From positions 3,804 to 67,803 of the forward strand of contig CAIYAG010000045.1 in the NCBI GenBank assembly GCA_903924075.1: a stretch of DNA of 64,000 bases, given 5' to 3'. The position numbers and the translations under genes are program-made. This document shows positions 28,360 through 39,186 of the stretch, one piece after another (position 1 is the stretch's first letter; each line of letters opens with the position of its first letter). This DNA comes from an uncultured Bacteroidota bacterium (GTDB lineage: Bacteria > Bacteroidota > Bacteroidia > Chitinophagales > Chitinophagaceae). The notes below the pieces were generated by a model. The model was not told the DNA's origin. It did not search any database and saw only the letters and a list, made by a program, of their open reading frames with translations.

Positions 28360-29178
28360 TTAAACGAATAAATCGGTATATAAATGGGCACCTGGAACTA
28401 CAGAATATTTTTCCAGATCGGTAATGCCCTCACCAGCCAACACTTCTTCATCAATAAAAGTATGGCCAGTACATTGCGAAGCGTTTTTCTTCAAAATAAA
28501 ATAGACAGCATCTGCAATGATCTCAGGTGTTCTGCTCATTTTAGCAAGGGTTTCTCCACCCAATAAATTTCTTACTGCTGCAGTATCAATGGTTGTTCTT
28601 GGCCATAATGCATTGGATGCAATACCTGCTCCTTTAAATTCTGCAGCCCATCCCAATGCCAACATACTCATATTGAATTTGGTGATCGTGTATGCAATAT
28701 GGCCACCCATCCATTTTGGATCTAAATTAACTGGGGGAGATAGTGTAATGATATGCGGATTTTTTCCTTTGCGTAAATAAGGGATACAATGTTTCACAAC
28801 AAGAAAGGTACCTCTCACATTGATGCTTTGCATGAGATCGAAACGCTTTGATTCTGTTTGCTCGGTTCCAGTTAATTGAATGGCAGATGCATTATTGATC
28901 ACCACGTCGATCCCACCAAATTTATCAACTGCCTGCTGCACCATATTCTGGATCTGCTCTTCATTTCTAATATCCACCTGAACGGCCAGGGCCTTTCCGC
29001 CAGCAGCTTCTACTTCTGCAGCTGCAGAATAAATAGTACCTCCAAGTCTAGGATCTTCATCCACACTTTTAGCAGCTATCACAATATTTGCACCTTCTTT
29101 GGCCAAACGAATGGCCATTGCTTTGCCAATTCCTCTGCTGGCACCTGTAATTAAAATGGTTCTGTTGTTAAATGGCAT
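28360..29178 (-). CDS. SDR oxidoreductase, HSDL2-like
   Basis: TGASRGIG, NNASAI, YTITK, ALWPRT. Confidence 0.88.
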   Translation of the reverse strand: MPFNNRTILITGASRGIGKAMAIRLAKEGANIVIAAKSVDEDPRLGGTIYSAAAEVEAAGGKALAVQVDIRNEEQIQNMVQQAVDKFGGIDVVINNASAIQLTGTEQTESKRFDLMQSINVRGTFLVVKHCIPYLRKGKNPHIITLSPPVNLDPKWMGGHIAYTITKFNMSMLALGWAAEFKGAGIASNALWPRTTIDTAAVRNLLGGETLAKMSRTPEIIADAVYFILKKNASQCTGHTFIDEEVLAGEGITDLEKYSVVPGAHLYTDLFV

Positions 29179-29216
29179 GGTAGAAATGTTAGACCTTAAA
29201 TTTCAGTAAAACAAAC

Positions 29217-29792
29217 TTACCAACCTAAGAAATCTTTAATAACCCTTTCTGTTTCTTCGCATGCCTTAGTCAAATCATCATTCACAATAGATTTTGTAAA
29301 ACGATGGCTAAAAGAAATTTCATAGCTGGCTTTGTTGATCCTGGTTGCCAGGCTTTCTGGGGTTTCGGTGCCCCGGCTTTCTAGTCTTTTTTTCAACTCG
29401 TCAACAGAGGGTGGTTCTATAAAAATGGACAAACAATTATCTCCAAACTGTTGCTGAACATGTATCGCACCTTTCACATCAATATCCAACATTGGTACTT
29501 TCCCGGCTAACCAAATCCGATCCAACTCAGAACGAAGCGTACCATAGTATTTTCCTTCATACACCATCTCCCATTCTAAAAATGCGTCTTCGTTGATCTT
29601 TTGTTTGAATGCCTCTTCGCTCAAAAAATAATAATCCACTCCATCTTGTTCCTGCCCCCTAGGTATTCTTGTGGCAGCAGAAATAGAAAAAGATAGTGCT
29701 GGATATTTATTGATCAAATAATGGGTGATCGTAGATTTTCCTGCTCCAGAAGGTGCTGTGATAATAATGATCTTGTTTTGGGTATTGATCAT
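29217..29792 (-). CDS. gmk: Guanylate kinase
   Basis: APSGAGKST, TRIPRGQEQDGVDYYF, YYGT, DIDVKGA; likely ATG at 29792. Confidence 0.95.
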   Translation of the reverse strand: MINTQNKIIIITAPSGAGKSTITHYLINKYPALSFSISAATRIPRGQEQDGVDYYFLSEEAFKQKINEDAFLEWEMVYEGKYYGTLRSELDRIWLAGKVPMLDIDVKGAIHVQQQFGDNCLSIFIEPPSVDELKKRLESRGTETPESLATRINKASYEISFSHRFTKSIVNDDLTKACEETERVIKDFLGW

Positions 29793-29844
29793 GGTTCTGG
29801 TTTCGTGCAAAGAAACAATTTATCTAATTATCCTGATCGTAAAA

Positions 29845-30915
29845 TTAATTGCTGTGTTCCATCGGTAATTGGATGGTTGCAGCAACCCGATCAGCTGTTA
29901 CCTGCTGCAGTGCTAAAGAAGGCTGTGTAGGATAAAACAGTTTGAGACGTTTATTCAAATTACTAATTCCAATGCCTTGTCTTCCCTTGTCTTCATTTAC
30001 TGTGATCTTGCCGCTATTGGTAACCATGATAAATACCTGATCATTCATCTTTTTTACTTCCACCACAATGGCACCACCCTTTACCAATTTACTGATACCA
30101 TGTTTAATGGCATTCTCTGCGAGCGTTAATAAAATACTTGGCGGCACTGTTATTTCATATAATTCTGGTTCAATATCTACACAATATTCCAGCCTTTCTT
30201 CAAACCTGATTTTTTCAAGTGCCAAATAATCCATGACGATCTCTGCTTCCTGTTGCAAGGAAATGAATCGCTGTTTCTCATAGTTCAAAGTATGACGCAA
30301 CAATTGTGAGAGTAGTGTTGTAGCGGTTCTTGCCTGCTCACCATCGGTAATGATCAAAGATCGAATACTGTTTAATGCATTAAATAGAAAATGTGGATTT
30401 AATTGCAGACGCAAAATTTCCAATTGGGCAGTTTGCAATTCTAGTGCAGTATGTAATTGCCTCAGATCTGCTTTCGATTTATAGTAAAGGAATTTAGAAA
30501 TATGGTACATCAATAACCAAACTGCCAAATAACGACTCCAGTTAATGACGTTCATGAAAAACTGGAGGTTAAATAAATTCAGTTTAACCCTATGATTATT
30601 AATATAGGATAAAAGTGTTCCTGTTAAAGTAATGATGAGAGACAAAGACACCCAACTCACAAGCAGCCAAAAAAACTGAACCAGATAAGTATGTGCACTA
30701 AAGTTGGATTTGTTAATGATATGTCTGTAAAGGTGCGTGTACAACATGGCGATGACCGTAAGCGCCATTAAGGAAAGAAAATCTGGGACCGTAAAAAATC
30801 CAAGGCCAATATAATTGATCAATTCATAGAATAACATAGCCGTCCATCCACAGGTCTGAAAGATCCAGTAGAGTTTTTTGCGGCTTACTTTGTCAATTCT
30901 AAAGTATTTGTTCAT
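29845..30915 (-). CDS. LytS/YehU-type membrane sensor histidine kinase
   Basis: 4-5 TMs, QLNPHFLFNALN, YLALEKIRF, LAENAIKHG, GIGISN. Confidence 0.9.
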   Translation of the reverse strand: MNKYFRIDKVSRKKLYWIFQTCGWTAMLFYELINYIGLGFFTVPDFLSLMALTVIAMLYTHLYRHIINKSNFSAHTYLVQFFWLLVSWVSLSLIITLTGTLLSYINNHRVKLNLFNLQFFMNVINWSRYLAVWLLMYHISKFLYYKSKADLRQLHTALELQTAQLEILRLQLNPHFLFNALNSIRSLIITDGEQARTATTLLSQLLRHTLNYEKQRFISLQQEAEIVMDYLALEKIRFEERLEYCVDIEPELYEITVPPSILLTLAENAIKHGISKLVKGGAIVVEVKKMNDQVFIMVTNSGKITVNEDKGRQGIGISNLNKRLKLFYPTQPSLALQQVTADRVAATIQLPMEHSN

Positions 30916-31035
30916 GAGATAGCAGAACCATTTTGGCTATTACAAATTTGCCAATAAATCTATATATCGAAACTTTCTTTATTTGGAAGCCCGTTAATAA
31001 GGATAAAAGCGCAGATTCAAGGATTGACTACTTGA

Positions 31036-31506
31036 TCAGATACGTTCTTCTTCCAATTTTTTACTGTTTCTCCCAACAGCGTAATAGGGTTTGAGGGATT
31101 CGTAAATTTTTTCAAACTGGGTATCCCCAGAATCTGCACCATTCTTGGCGTTCTGAAAATAAGACCTGGTCTGTTTGAGAATTTCATGCCCCACCAATAA
31201 TCTGGCATCTTCTAAGTGACGTTTCACTGCATCAACTTCATCCAATAACTCCGTGTATTGCTCATAGAGCTGCATATAATTATTACAGGATTGTATATCT
31301 ACAAAACTTGGAGCGGTATTTGGGCTCCTACGCATTAAATTGATGGCTTTGAATGCGAAATCCTTTCTTTTTAAGTGCAACTTGAACAAACTTCTGCGCT
31401 CTGAGGGTGTTAATTTTATTTTGTCGGGGATGATGCTCTTTACAGCAGCAAGGTGTTGCTTGATAGCAAGCAGCTCGGAGCCAATAAAGCTTCGGAAGGT
31501 AGCCAT
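31036..31506 (-). CDS. Uncharacterised helical protein
   Basis: 156 aa ORF; LTPSERRSL...LEDARLLVGHE pattern resembles an uncharacterised family seen in Bacteroidota. Confidence 0.65.
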   Translation of the reverse strand: MATFRSFIGSELLAIKQHLAAVKSIIPDKIKLTPSERRSLFKLHLKRKDFAFKAINLMRRSPNTAPSFVDIQSCNNYMQLYEQYTELLDEVDAVKRHLEDARLLVGHEILKQTRSYFQNAKNGADSGDTQFEKIYESLKPYYAVGRNSKKLEEERI

Positions 31507-31636
31507 GGATGGGGTTTTTACAAAAACGTCAAATTAAATAGAAAATTGCTCTTTCTGATTAATATTTTACTGTTTTTATATTATCAGATTATTACTAAAA
31601 TTCAAAAGCAAATCTTAACTTGTTGTACAAAGCTGC

Positions 31637-32203
31637 TTGCCCATGAGATTTCTCTGGAAACTCTATTTTCGCCTGATTGGGTGGAAAATCAGAGACCCCT
31701 TTCCTATCAACACGCCCAAAGCCGTGATCATCGTTGCACCCCATACCTGTGTAGACGATTTGTTCATTGGCCTTGCCGCAAAAAGCATACTGAGACTAAA
31801 TACCCTCCACTTCTTTGGAAAACAAGAACTCTTTAAAGGTGTTACCGGGTTTTTACTGCGCTCATTTGGAGGAATGCCGGTTGACCGATTCAGCAAAAAA
31901 AATATGGTTGATCAGGCTGTTGATCAGATCAATGCGCATTCCGAATTCTTATTGGCATTATCACCAGAGGGAACTCGAAAGAAAGTGGAGCGCCTCAGAA
32001 CCGGCTTTTATTATATCGCACAGAAAGCGCAAGTGCCAATTGTAATGGTGGCTTTTGATTTTGGAAACAAACAGATCCGAATTGAGCAGCCTTTTTATAC
32101 TACCAGCGATGAAGCCGCAGATTTTAAAAAGATCATCGACTACTACGCACCCATACAGGGTAAGTACACCGAACTAGGACTATCACATTTACAACTCATC
32201 TGA
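31637..32203 (+). CDS. 1-acyl-sn-glycerol-3-phosphate acyltransferase (PlsC-like)
   Basis: HX4D (HTCVDD), GGMPVDR, SPEGTR. Confidence 0.85.
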   Translation: MPMRFLWKLYFRLIGWKIRDPFPINTPKAVIIVAPHTCVDDLFIGLAAKSILRLNTLHFFGKQELFKGVTGFLLRSFGGMPVDRFSKKNMVDQAVDQINAHSEFLLALSPEGTRKKVERLRTGFYYIAQKAQVPIVMVAFDFGNKQIRIEQPFYTTSDEAADFKKIIDYYAPIQGKYTELGLSHLQLI

Positions 32204-32215
32204 ACAGCCACTGAT

Positions 32216-33883
32216 ATGACAGCATCGCAGAACCCCCCTTCCATCATCGATAGCTTTTGCCGTTTCGAACTAAGCAAGCCTAACCAGCTTTTTTTATCAG
32301 AACCTGTGAATCAGGTATATCAGAATTTTACCTGGCAGTCTGCAGGCGAGGAGATTCGGAAAATGGTAACCGCAATCCATTCCTTGGGGATCCAAAAAGG
32401 TGATAAGATCGCAATCTTAAGTAAAAATTGCGCTTATTGGGTCATGGCAGATATGGCCATCATGATGGCGGGATGTGTTTCAATTCCGCTCTATCCAAAT
32501 ATCAGCCCGAACCAATTAAATGAATTACTCCTGCATAGCGATTCAAAAATGATCTTTATTGGAAAATTGGATAACCCTGAAAAAATGCTGACCGGCGTGC
32601 CCAAACAGTTGGTTCAAATTTGCTTTCCTTTTTATCCAATCAAAAACTGTCCTACTTGGTCAGACATCATAAGAGCACAAAAACCTTTGATTGGCAAACC
32701 TGATATTGACATGGATGCACTTGCCTGTATCATTTATACTTCGGGCACTACAGGAAAACCTAAGGGTGTCATGCATACCCATCGGGCTATGAATTTTGCA
32801 GTAGCTTCTTTTCTAAAAGCCAATCCTACCATACAAACCGAGGTCTTTTTTTCCTATCTACCTCTTTGCCACGTTGCTGAAAAAATGTTGGTTGAATGCG
32901 GAACCCTCTATACTGGTAGCACGATGTACTTTGTAGAATCGATGGACCGATTTTCAAAGAATTTACAAGATACCGAGCCCACCATGTTTTTAGCCGTTCC
33001 GCGGATCTGGGAAAAAATGCAGGAAGAGATTCTGAAAAAAATGCCGCAAAAAAAACTGAATCGTATTTTATCCATTCCCATTGTTGCTGGAATTTTTAAA
33101 AAGATCATTCGTAAAAAAATGGGATTAGCGAAGGCGCATTTTATTTTCACAGGTGCCTCACCGATCAATAAAGCTTTATTAGAATGGTACTCCAAACTCG
33201 GGATCACCATCATGGAAGCATATGGCATGACAGAGAATCTGGCCCTTTCCCATGCCAATCGAAAAAACGCCACTAAATTCGGAACAGTGGGTACGGCATA
33301 TGAAGAAGTTATTGTTCGTTTAGCTTCAGACCAGGAAGTACAAATTAAAAGCGCCGCTTCGATGCTCGGTTATTACAAAGAACCAGGACTTACTGCCGAG
33401 TGTTTCGAAGATGGCTATTTGAAAACGGGCGATCAGGGATCGATTGATGCTGAAGGATTCCTAAGCATTACTGGAAGAATTAAAGATCAATTCAAAACGA
33501 GTAAGGGGAAATATATTAATCCGGCTCCCATCGAAAGTCAACTGCTTACCAATGCTCTAATCACACAAGCTTGCGTGGTTGGCCATGCACTACCACATGC
33601 CCTCGCGCTTTGCATCTTGTCTGAAAGTGCAAAAAATCTCGACCCATCATTCATCAGCAAAGACTTATCTGACTTCTTAAAAACCGTTAACGCTGATCTT
33701 GAACACCACGAAAGAATTGCCAAATTGGTATTAATTGCAGAAGACTGGACCACTGAAAATGGCGTTCTTACCCCTACCTTAAAAATAAAGCGAAAGACAG
33801 TAGATGATCGGTATCAAACCCAATATCAAAGTTGGAGTTCTGCCGAAGAATTGGTGATTTTTTCAGATGGAACTATTTCATAG
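32216..33883 (+). CDS. Long-chain acyl-CoA synthetase (AMP-binding)
   Basis: YTSGTTGKPKG, EAYGMTE, LKTGD, LTPTLKIKR. Confidence 0.9.
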   Translation: MTASQNPPSIIDSFCRFELSKPNQLFLSEPVNQVYQNFTWQSAGEEIRKMVTAIHSLGIQKGDKIAILSKNCAYWVMADMAIMMAGCVSIPLYPNISPNQLNELLLHSDSKMIFIGKLDNPEKMLTGVPKQLVQICFPFYPIKNCPTWSDIIRAQKPLIGKPDIDMDALACIIYTSGTTGKPKGVMHTHRAMNFAVASFLKANPTIQTEVFFSYLPLCHVAEKMLVECGTLYTGSTMYFVESMDRFSKNLQDTEPTMFLAVPRIWEKMQEEILKKMPQKKLNRILSIPIVAGIFKKIIRKKMGLAKAHFIFTGASPINKALLEWYSKLGITIMEAYGMTENLALSHANRKNATKFGTVGTAYEEVIVRLASDQEVQIKSAASMLGYYKEPGLTAECFEDGYLKTGDQGSIDAEGFLSITGRIKDQFKTSKGKYINPAPIESQLLTNALITQACVVGHALPHALALCILSESAKNLDPSFISKDLSDFLKTVNADLEHHERIAKLVLIAEDWTTENGVLTPTLKIKRKTVDDRYQTQYQSWSSAEELVIFSDGTIS

Positions 33884-33972
33884 TGAATGAATTGTGAAAA
33901 CTACAACCGATCCACAATTTTTGGGTTACAAATTCGTTTAGATAGATATCAACTGATATAAACCAAATAGAT

Positions 33973-34860
33973 ATGAAATTTAGAAACTATGTTGGGCTTA
34001 GTTTGAGTGCAGTGATGCTGTTCTCTTGCGTTAGCCAGAAGCAAATGAGGCAGCAGCAGGCCAAATACGGTGAGTTGAACGGTGCTTATCTTGAATTACA
34101 AGGAAAATATCGCACACTGCAAGACGAACAAAGCAAATGTAATAGTCAGGTTGCTGACCTGAATACCAAAAAATCTGCATTAGAATCATCGAATACCGAC
34201 CTTAAAAATCAAATCGACTATTTAAAACAAAACAACAATACTGTTTTGAATCAGTTGAAAGATCTTTCTGTTGTTACAGGTGCTCAGGCAGAAAGCATTA
34301 AAAAGTCGCTCGACAATATTGGTGCAAAAGACATCTATATCAAAGACCTTCAAGGATCAATTGCTCGTAAAGATTCTTTGAATATGGCATTAGTGATGAA
34401 CTTAAAAGGTGCGATTGGAAACTTAGACGATAAAGACATCAATATCAAAGTTGATAAAGGTGTGGTGTATGTAGACATTTCTGATAAACTGTTATTCAAA
34501 AGCGGAAGCTATGATGTAACTGATAGAGCTAAAGAAGTATTAGGAAAAGTTGCGAAAGTATTGAACGCACAACCTGATATCGAATTCTTAGTAGAAGGTC
34601 ATACCGATTCATTGGCTATTAAGAGCACTGGTATCATCGATAACTGGGACCTGAGCGTTAAGCGTGCAACTACCGTAGTACGTATTTTGCAAAACACGTA
34701 CGGATTGGATCCAAAACGCATGACAGCTGCTGGCCGTGGTCAATACTTACCACTAGCCGATAACAGTACAGCTGAAGGCCGTGCTGCCAACCGCAGAACA
34801 AGAATTGTGATCTTACCTCAATTAGACCAGTTCTTCAAATTGTTAGAAACTAAGAAGTAA
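33973..34860 (+). CDS. OmpA/MotB-family lipoprotein (coiled coil + peptidoglycan-binding domain)
   Basis: Lipobox LFSC, coiled coil, VEGHTD, NWDLSVKRA, NRR. Confidence 0.88.
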   Translation: MKFRNYVGLSLSAVMLFSCVSQKQMRQQQAKYGELNGAYLELQGKYRTLQDEQSKCNSQVADLNTKKSALESSNTDLKNQIDYLKQNNNTVLNQLKDLSVVTGAQAESIKKSLDNIGAKDIYIKDLQGSIARKDSLNMALVMNLKGAIGNLDDKDINIKVDKGVVYVDISDKLLFKSGSYDVTDRAKEVLGKVAKVLNAQPDIEFLVEGHTDSLAIKSTGIIDNWDLSVKRATTVVRILQNTYGLDPKRMTAAGRGQYLPLADNSTAEGRAANRRTRIVILPQLDQFFKLLETKK

Positions 34861-34885
34861 TAGACGAACTAACCCAAATTCTACT

Positions 34886-34914
34886 GCCATCCTCTTTTTG
34901 AGGATGGCTTTTTT
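34886..34914 (+). terminator. Intrinsic terminator after the OmpA/MotB lipoprotein gene
   Basis: GCCATCCTC-TTTTT-GAGGATGGC-TTTTTT. Confidence 0.85.
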
Positions 34915-35017
34915 GTTTGGTTTTTAAACGATATCGTTTCCAATATGATACACATTCTGCAAAAGTTTGTTATTTTTAATTAACCCGCCTCTGGTTTATC
35001 CGACTGATTTCATAACC

Positions 35018-37432
35018 ATGATAAATATGTTGTCTCTAAACCATTTTTATAAACCTAAATTAATAGCCTTTACCCTGCTATTTTTCTTGGTTGCTTCTTT
35101 CGGTTCAATCCAGATCTGTGCACAGAATATACCCGTTGCAAAAAATGCTGTTATTGATTTACGGGAGGTGGATTTTTCAAAATCGATCATTAAACTAGAA
35201 GGAACATGGGCTTTTTACTGGCACCAATTAATTATTCCAGATAGCCTTAGTCAGAATTCTCAGTTTATTGATTTTCCAAAACTCTGGAATAATATCAAAC
35301 TAAACGGTGTGCAACTTCCCTCCATTGGATATGCCACTTATTATTTGAAAGTGCTTCTTCCTAAAAACAAAAATGGAATTGCTATAACAGTACCGGATAC
35401 CTATTCTAGTTATCGCTTATACATGAACGGAAAATTGTTTTCGTCAAATGGAAATCCAGACACTACAAAATCTAGGTCAGAAGCCAATTGGTTAACTAAA
35501 ACGTTTCCACTAGAAACCCAAAAAGATAGCCTCGTTTTGGTTTTACAAATTGCAAATTACTGGCACGCAAAAGGCGGACCTTATCGAAGTATTGAAATTG
35601 GAAATAAATACAAAATGATGGGGCAGGCTGAAAAAGAAAAAGCCTATGACCTTATTTTAACTGGGTGTTTATTTATGGGCGGACTATTCTTTATCGGTCT
35701 CTACCTTTTTGGAAAGCACGATAAAGTAATTTTATTGTTCTCACTATTTTGCATTTCTTATAGCTATCGGGTTGTGGGTTCGGGTGGATATGAATTACAT
35801 AATATACTTCCTTCTTTACCTTTCTGGTTAACACTTCATCTTGAATATTTAAGTCTCTACGCAGTTGCAGGCTTCTTTACTTTATATACCTGGTATTTAT
35901 ATCCAGAGGATTTTAATAAGTCGGTGATGAAGTTGATGATGGTGATCTGTTTGGGCTTTACCATTGTTACATTATTACTTCCTTCTGTTTATTTTACCGC
36001 ACTGATCAATTACTTTCTGCTTGCGATGTTTGTGTTTTTGCTCTATGTTTTTTATGTCTATATCCAAGCAGCAAGAAGTAATAGGGTAGGCGCAAACTAT
36101 GCTATATGGAGTACTACAGTAGGGTTGATCATTAATATTTTAATTAATCTAGAATATTTTGGGTTGGTTAGTCCGCAGAAAGGCATCATATTTATTGGGT
36201 TTGTTGCTTTCTTTTTCCTGCAATCTTTGATATTATCTTTTCGATTTGCATTTGTTTTAAATCAAGCAAAAAAGCAAGCAGAACAGGGGTTGCTTGCAAA
36301 GAGTGAATTCTTATCAACCATGTCGCACGAAATTAGAACACCACTAAATTCAGTGATCGGCCTCTCCAATTTATTATTACGTGATAACCCCAGAAAAGAC
36401 CAGGAAGAGTATTTGAACGTTATGGTCTTTTCTGCAAATAATCTATTGTCTATCGTTAATAATATTCTGGACTATAATAAAATTGAAGCAGGGAAAATTC
36501 ATTTCGAATTAATAGAAATGAACCTCAATGAAATGGCAAAAAATATTGTCACCGGTTTCAAAACCTATGCAAATGAAAACAAAGATGAGCTGATCTTTAA
36601 TTATGATCCCTCGATCAACTTGGCAGTACAGGGAGACCCTACCAGAACAACACAAGTGATCAGTAATCTTTTAAATAATGCAATCAAGTTCACTAAAAAA
36701 GGTAAGGTGATCTTTTCAATGATACCTACTGAATTAAACACTGAATCCGTAACAGTTCAATTTACAATTCAGGATACAGGCATTGGAATTGATAAAGAAA
36801 AACAATTACACATTTTTGAACGGTTTACTCAGGCCGACTCTTCTACATCAAGAAGTTTTGGTGGTACTGGACTAGGTTTAGCCATTTGCAAAAAATTATT
36901 GGACTTGCAAAATGTGCCATTGATGCTGGAAAGTGAACCAGGGAAGGGTTCTACCTTTATTTTCACTCAAACATTTCCATTAAGCAAAATTCATTTAAAC
37001 CCCAACAAATTATACAATCAACTACCATCAGAAGAAGACCAGCCGCTTAAAGATATTGAGATCTTATTAGTTGAGGATAATGATGTAAATATTCTTGTAG
37101 CTGTTAGCTTTTTAGAAAGATGGGGCGCCAAAGTAACGATCGCCAAAAATGGTCAGGAAGCATTGGATCTGCTAGATCTAACACGTCACAAATTGATCCT
37201 GATGGATATGCATATGCCAGTGATGGATGGCTACACTGCAACTAAAATTTTGAGAAAGAGAAACATTCAAATACCGATCATTGCACTTACCGCAAGTTTA
37301 CCCAAAGAAGTAGAACTCCGAATAGATACCGTGGGTATGAATGATATCGTTGTAAAACCATTCCTTCCTGAAGAATTATTTAAAAAGGTGCTACACTATA
37401 CCAATATCTATCGATCACCAGATCTGGAATAG
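35018..37432 (+). CDS. Hybrid sensor kinase (extracellular domain + ~7 TM + HisKA + HATPase + REC)
   Basis: LEGTWAFYW sensor region (7TM-DISM-like), [22 protein letters not shown]; likely ATG at 35018. Confidence 0.88.
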   Translation: MINMLSLNHFYKPKLIAFTLLFFLVASFGSIQICAQNIPVAKNAVIDLREVDFSKSIIKLEGTWAFYWHQLIIPDSLSQNSQFIDFPKLWNNIKLNGVQLPSIGYATYYLKVLLPKNKNGIAITVPDTYSSYRLYMNGKLFSSNGNPDTTKSRSEANWLTKTFPLETQKDSLVLVLQIANYWHAKGGPYRSIEIGNKYKMMGQAEKEKAYDLILTGCLFMGGLFFIGLYLFGKHDKVILLFSLFCISYSYRVVGSGGYELHNILPSLPFWLTLHLEYLSLYAVAGFFTLYTWYLYPEDFNKSVMKLMMVICLGFTIVTLLLPSVYFTALINYFLLAMFVFLLYVFYVYIQAARSNRVGANYAIWSTTVGLIINILINLEYFGLVSPQKGIIFIGFVAFFFLQSLILSFRFAFVLNQAKKQAEQGLLAKSEFLSTMSHEIRTPLNSVIGLSNLLLRDNPRKDQEEYLNVMVFSANNLLSIVNNILDYNKIEAGKIHFELIEMNLNEMAKNIVTGFKTYANENKDELIFNYDPSINLAVQGDPTRTTQVISNLLNNAIKFTKKGKVIFSMIPTELNTESVTVQFTIQDTGIGIDKEKQLHIFERFTQADSSTSRSFGGTGLGLAICKKLLDLQNVPLMLESEPGKGSTFIFTQTFPLSKIHLNPNKLYNQLPSEEDQPLKDIEILLVEDNDVNILVAVSFLERWGAKVTIAKNGQEALDLLDLTRHKLILMDMHMPVMDGYTATKILRKRNIQIPIIALTASLPKEVELRIDTVGMNDIVVKPFLPEELFKKVLHYTNIYRSPDLE

Positions 37433-37437
37433 TAGTA

Positions 37438-37929
37438 TTACTTATTGATTTCTTCAAATCCGCCGGTCTGTTTATTCTTACGAACATTGTCCCAGGTAAA
37501 ATAACGACCATTCATCGCTACATAAACACCCTTTGGTAAAGCTTGTACAAAAGCCAACGCGCTGCCCAGATTAAATAAACCATCTGAACTGCCAAACTTG
37601 TAAGGGATCATGGCACCAGTTAATACGATGGTCTTATCTTTTGTTTCCTTAGCCAGTACAGCAGCTGTTTCGGCCATGGTATCGGTTCCATGTGTGATGA
37701 TAATCTGATCTTCTTCTGAATTCTGGCATTGGCGGGCTATGAGCTGCCTGTCATCGGTGGTCATTTCAAGACTATCTACCATCATCAGCGTTCTGATATC
37801 TACATCTACTCTACACCTTCCTAGTTTTAACAATTCAAGGATATGTGTGTCTTTGAAATACAATTGCCCATTTAGTTCATTGTATTCCTTATCAAATGTT
37901 CCGCCGGTGATGAAAATACGTATCGACAT
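37438..37929 (-). CDS. Short-chain L-asparaginase domain protein
   Basis: TGGTFDK and HGTDT catalytic Thr motifs; only 163 aa. Confidence 0.85.
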   Translation of the reverse strand: MSIRIFITGGTFDKEYNELNGQLYFKDTHILELLKLGRCRVDVDIRTLMMVDSLEMTTDDRQLIARQCQNSEEDQIIITHGTDTMAETAAVLAKETKDKTIVLTGAMIPYKFGSSDGLFNLGSALAFVQALPKGVYVAMNGRYFTWDNVRKNKQTGGFEEINK

Positions 37930-37995
37930 AAAATGGTTTCCTCCAAAATTAAGAAAATAAAATAGTTATATTTATTTCTCATTTTTTGCAAAGCT

Positions 37996-39183
37996 ATGCG
38001 CCCACTACTCATTCTATTTGTTGTTTTCATTAGTTCCTGTGCAGTTAAAACAAGGCAGGTATTAATGGTGCCCAGAAAAGAAGAGCCTGGCGTAGTAAAA
38101 TTATATTTTGATCGTGAGGGTAAATTATATCCACCCGATGTGCGCATCAATCCTTATTATTTTTACTTAGAACACTTGAATAAAAAAAAGCTGGCAAGGT
38201 ATAGTAACCCTGAGTATGCAACTTTAGAAACGGCGCTCACAAAATATGATAGCATTTCTCGTGAAGCAATACGCCAACAGTTTAACCTAACGGGCGTAGA
38301 CAGCGTGCGCTTGTTTTTGCGTTTACAAGAAGCCATTCGTAAAAACATCATTGCAGAGATCAATCAAAAAATAAGTGCCAACAATACGAACGACCTGATC
38401 GTATTGATCCATGGATTCAACGATCCCATTCCCGATGCTGCTTATTATTCACTGAGAAAAAACATTGAAAAATATTTGCGATCCAAACCCGTATTCATAG
38501 AAGTGTATTGGGATGGATTAACAGCTTTGGGAGACAATCCATTGTTTAGTAATATCTGGGGCTATGCTCAAAGTAATTCTGCAAAGGTTGGATTGGGGTT
38601 AAGAAGCCTGCTGAATAAAATAAACCCCAATATCCGTTTAACCTTACTTACACACAGTCTTGGTGCTAGCGTTGCAACGCACGCATTGTTTAATCCGGGT
38701 AAATGGCCCAAGAAATTTCAGGAAGAATTGGAACAGGAATATCATTCAGAAAACATTCCCACTCCTAAACAAAAAGATATTCGAATTGCCATGTTAGCCC
38801 CAGCCATTCCTGGAATTAAAGTATTCGATCATATCGATTATACCGTACCAGAAAACACCATTCCAACTATTACTAGAGTTGTAATTGGTTATAATCACTT
38901 TGATTATGCGGTAACAAAAGGTGGTTTATTTGCTAGCTCCTTTGGATCAACGGCTTTAGGTGCCGACGATAAAAATGAAGTAAATAAAACCATCATTGCA
39001 ATCAACGATATTAATCCGAAAATAAAAATTGTTCCAGTAGATTTTTCCTTATATATCAAAAACGATAGCCTGAGCAATAAAAAACTGCAACGCAAATCCC
39101 CTTTTAAACAAAGGGAACATGGGGTGCAGTTTTATCAACAGAATCAACACTTCTCTGATTTTCTCAAAGCCATGTTTGATTAA
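37996..39183 (+). CDS. Lipoprotein alpha/beta hydrolase (DUF900-like)
   Basis: Lipobox ISSC; LIHGFN; nucleophile elbow THSLG; LAPAI. Confidence 0.65.
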   Translation: MRPLLILFVVFISSCAVKTRQVLMVPRKEEPGVVKLYFDREGKLYPPDVRINPYYFYLEHLNKKKLARYSNPEYATLETALTKYDSISREAIRQQFNLTGVDSVRLFLRLQEAIRKNIIAEINQKISANNTNDLIVLIHGFNDPIPDAAYYSLRKNIEKYLRSKPVFIEVYWDGLTALGDNPLFSNIWGYAQSNSAKVGLGLRSLLNKINPNIRLTLLTHSLGASVATHALFNPGKWPKKFQEELEQEYHSENIPTPKQKDIRIAMLAPAIPGIKVFDHIDYTVPENTIPTITRVVIGYNHFDYAVTKGGLFASSFGSTALGADDKNEVNKTIIAINDINPKIKIVPVDFSLYIKNDSLSNKKLQRKSPFKQREHGVQFYQQNQHFSDFLKAMFD

Positions 39184-39186
39184 TCA

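Noticed and set aside
31554-31588. Imperfect inverted repeat TCTGAT...ATCAGA between divergent genes
   Set aside because: Short and AT-rich with several mismatches; not distinguishable from background by eye.
33973-34860. MotB-like gene as evidence of flagella
   Set aside because: It is a lipoprotein with no MotB TM helix and no motA nearby; a common Bacteroidota OmpA-domain family.
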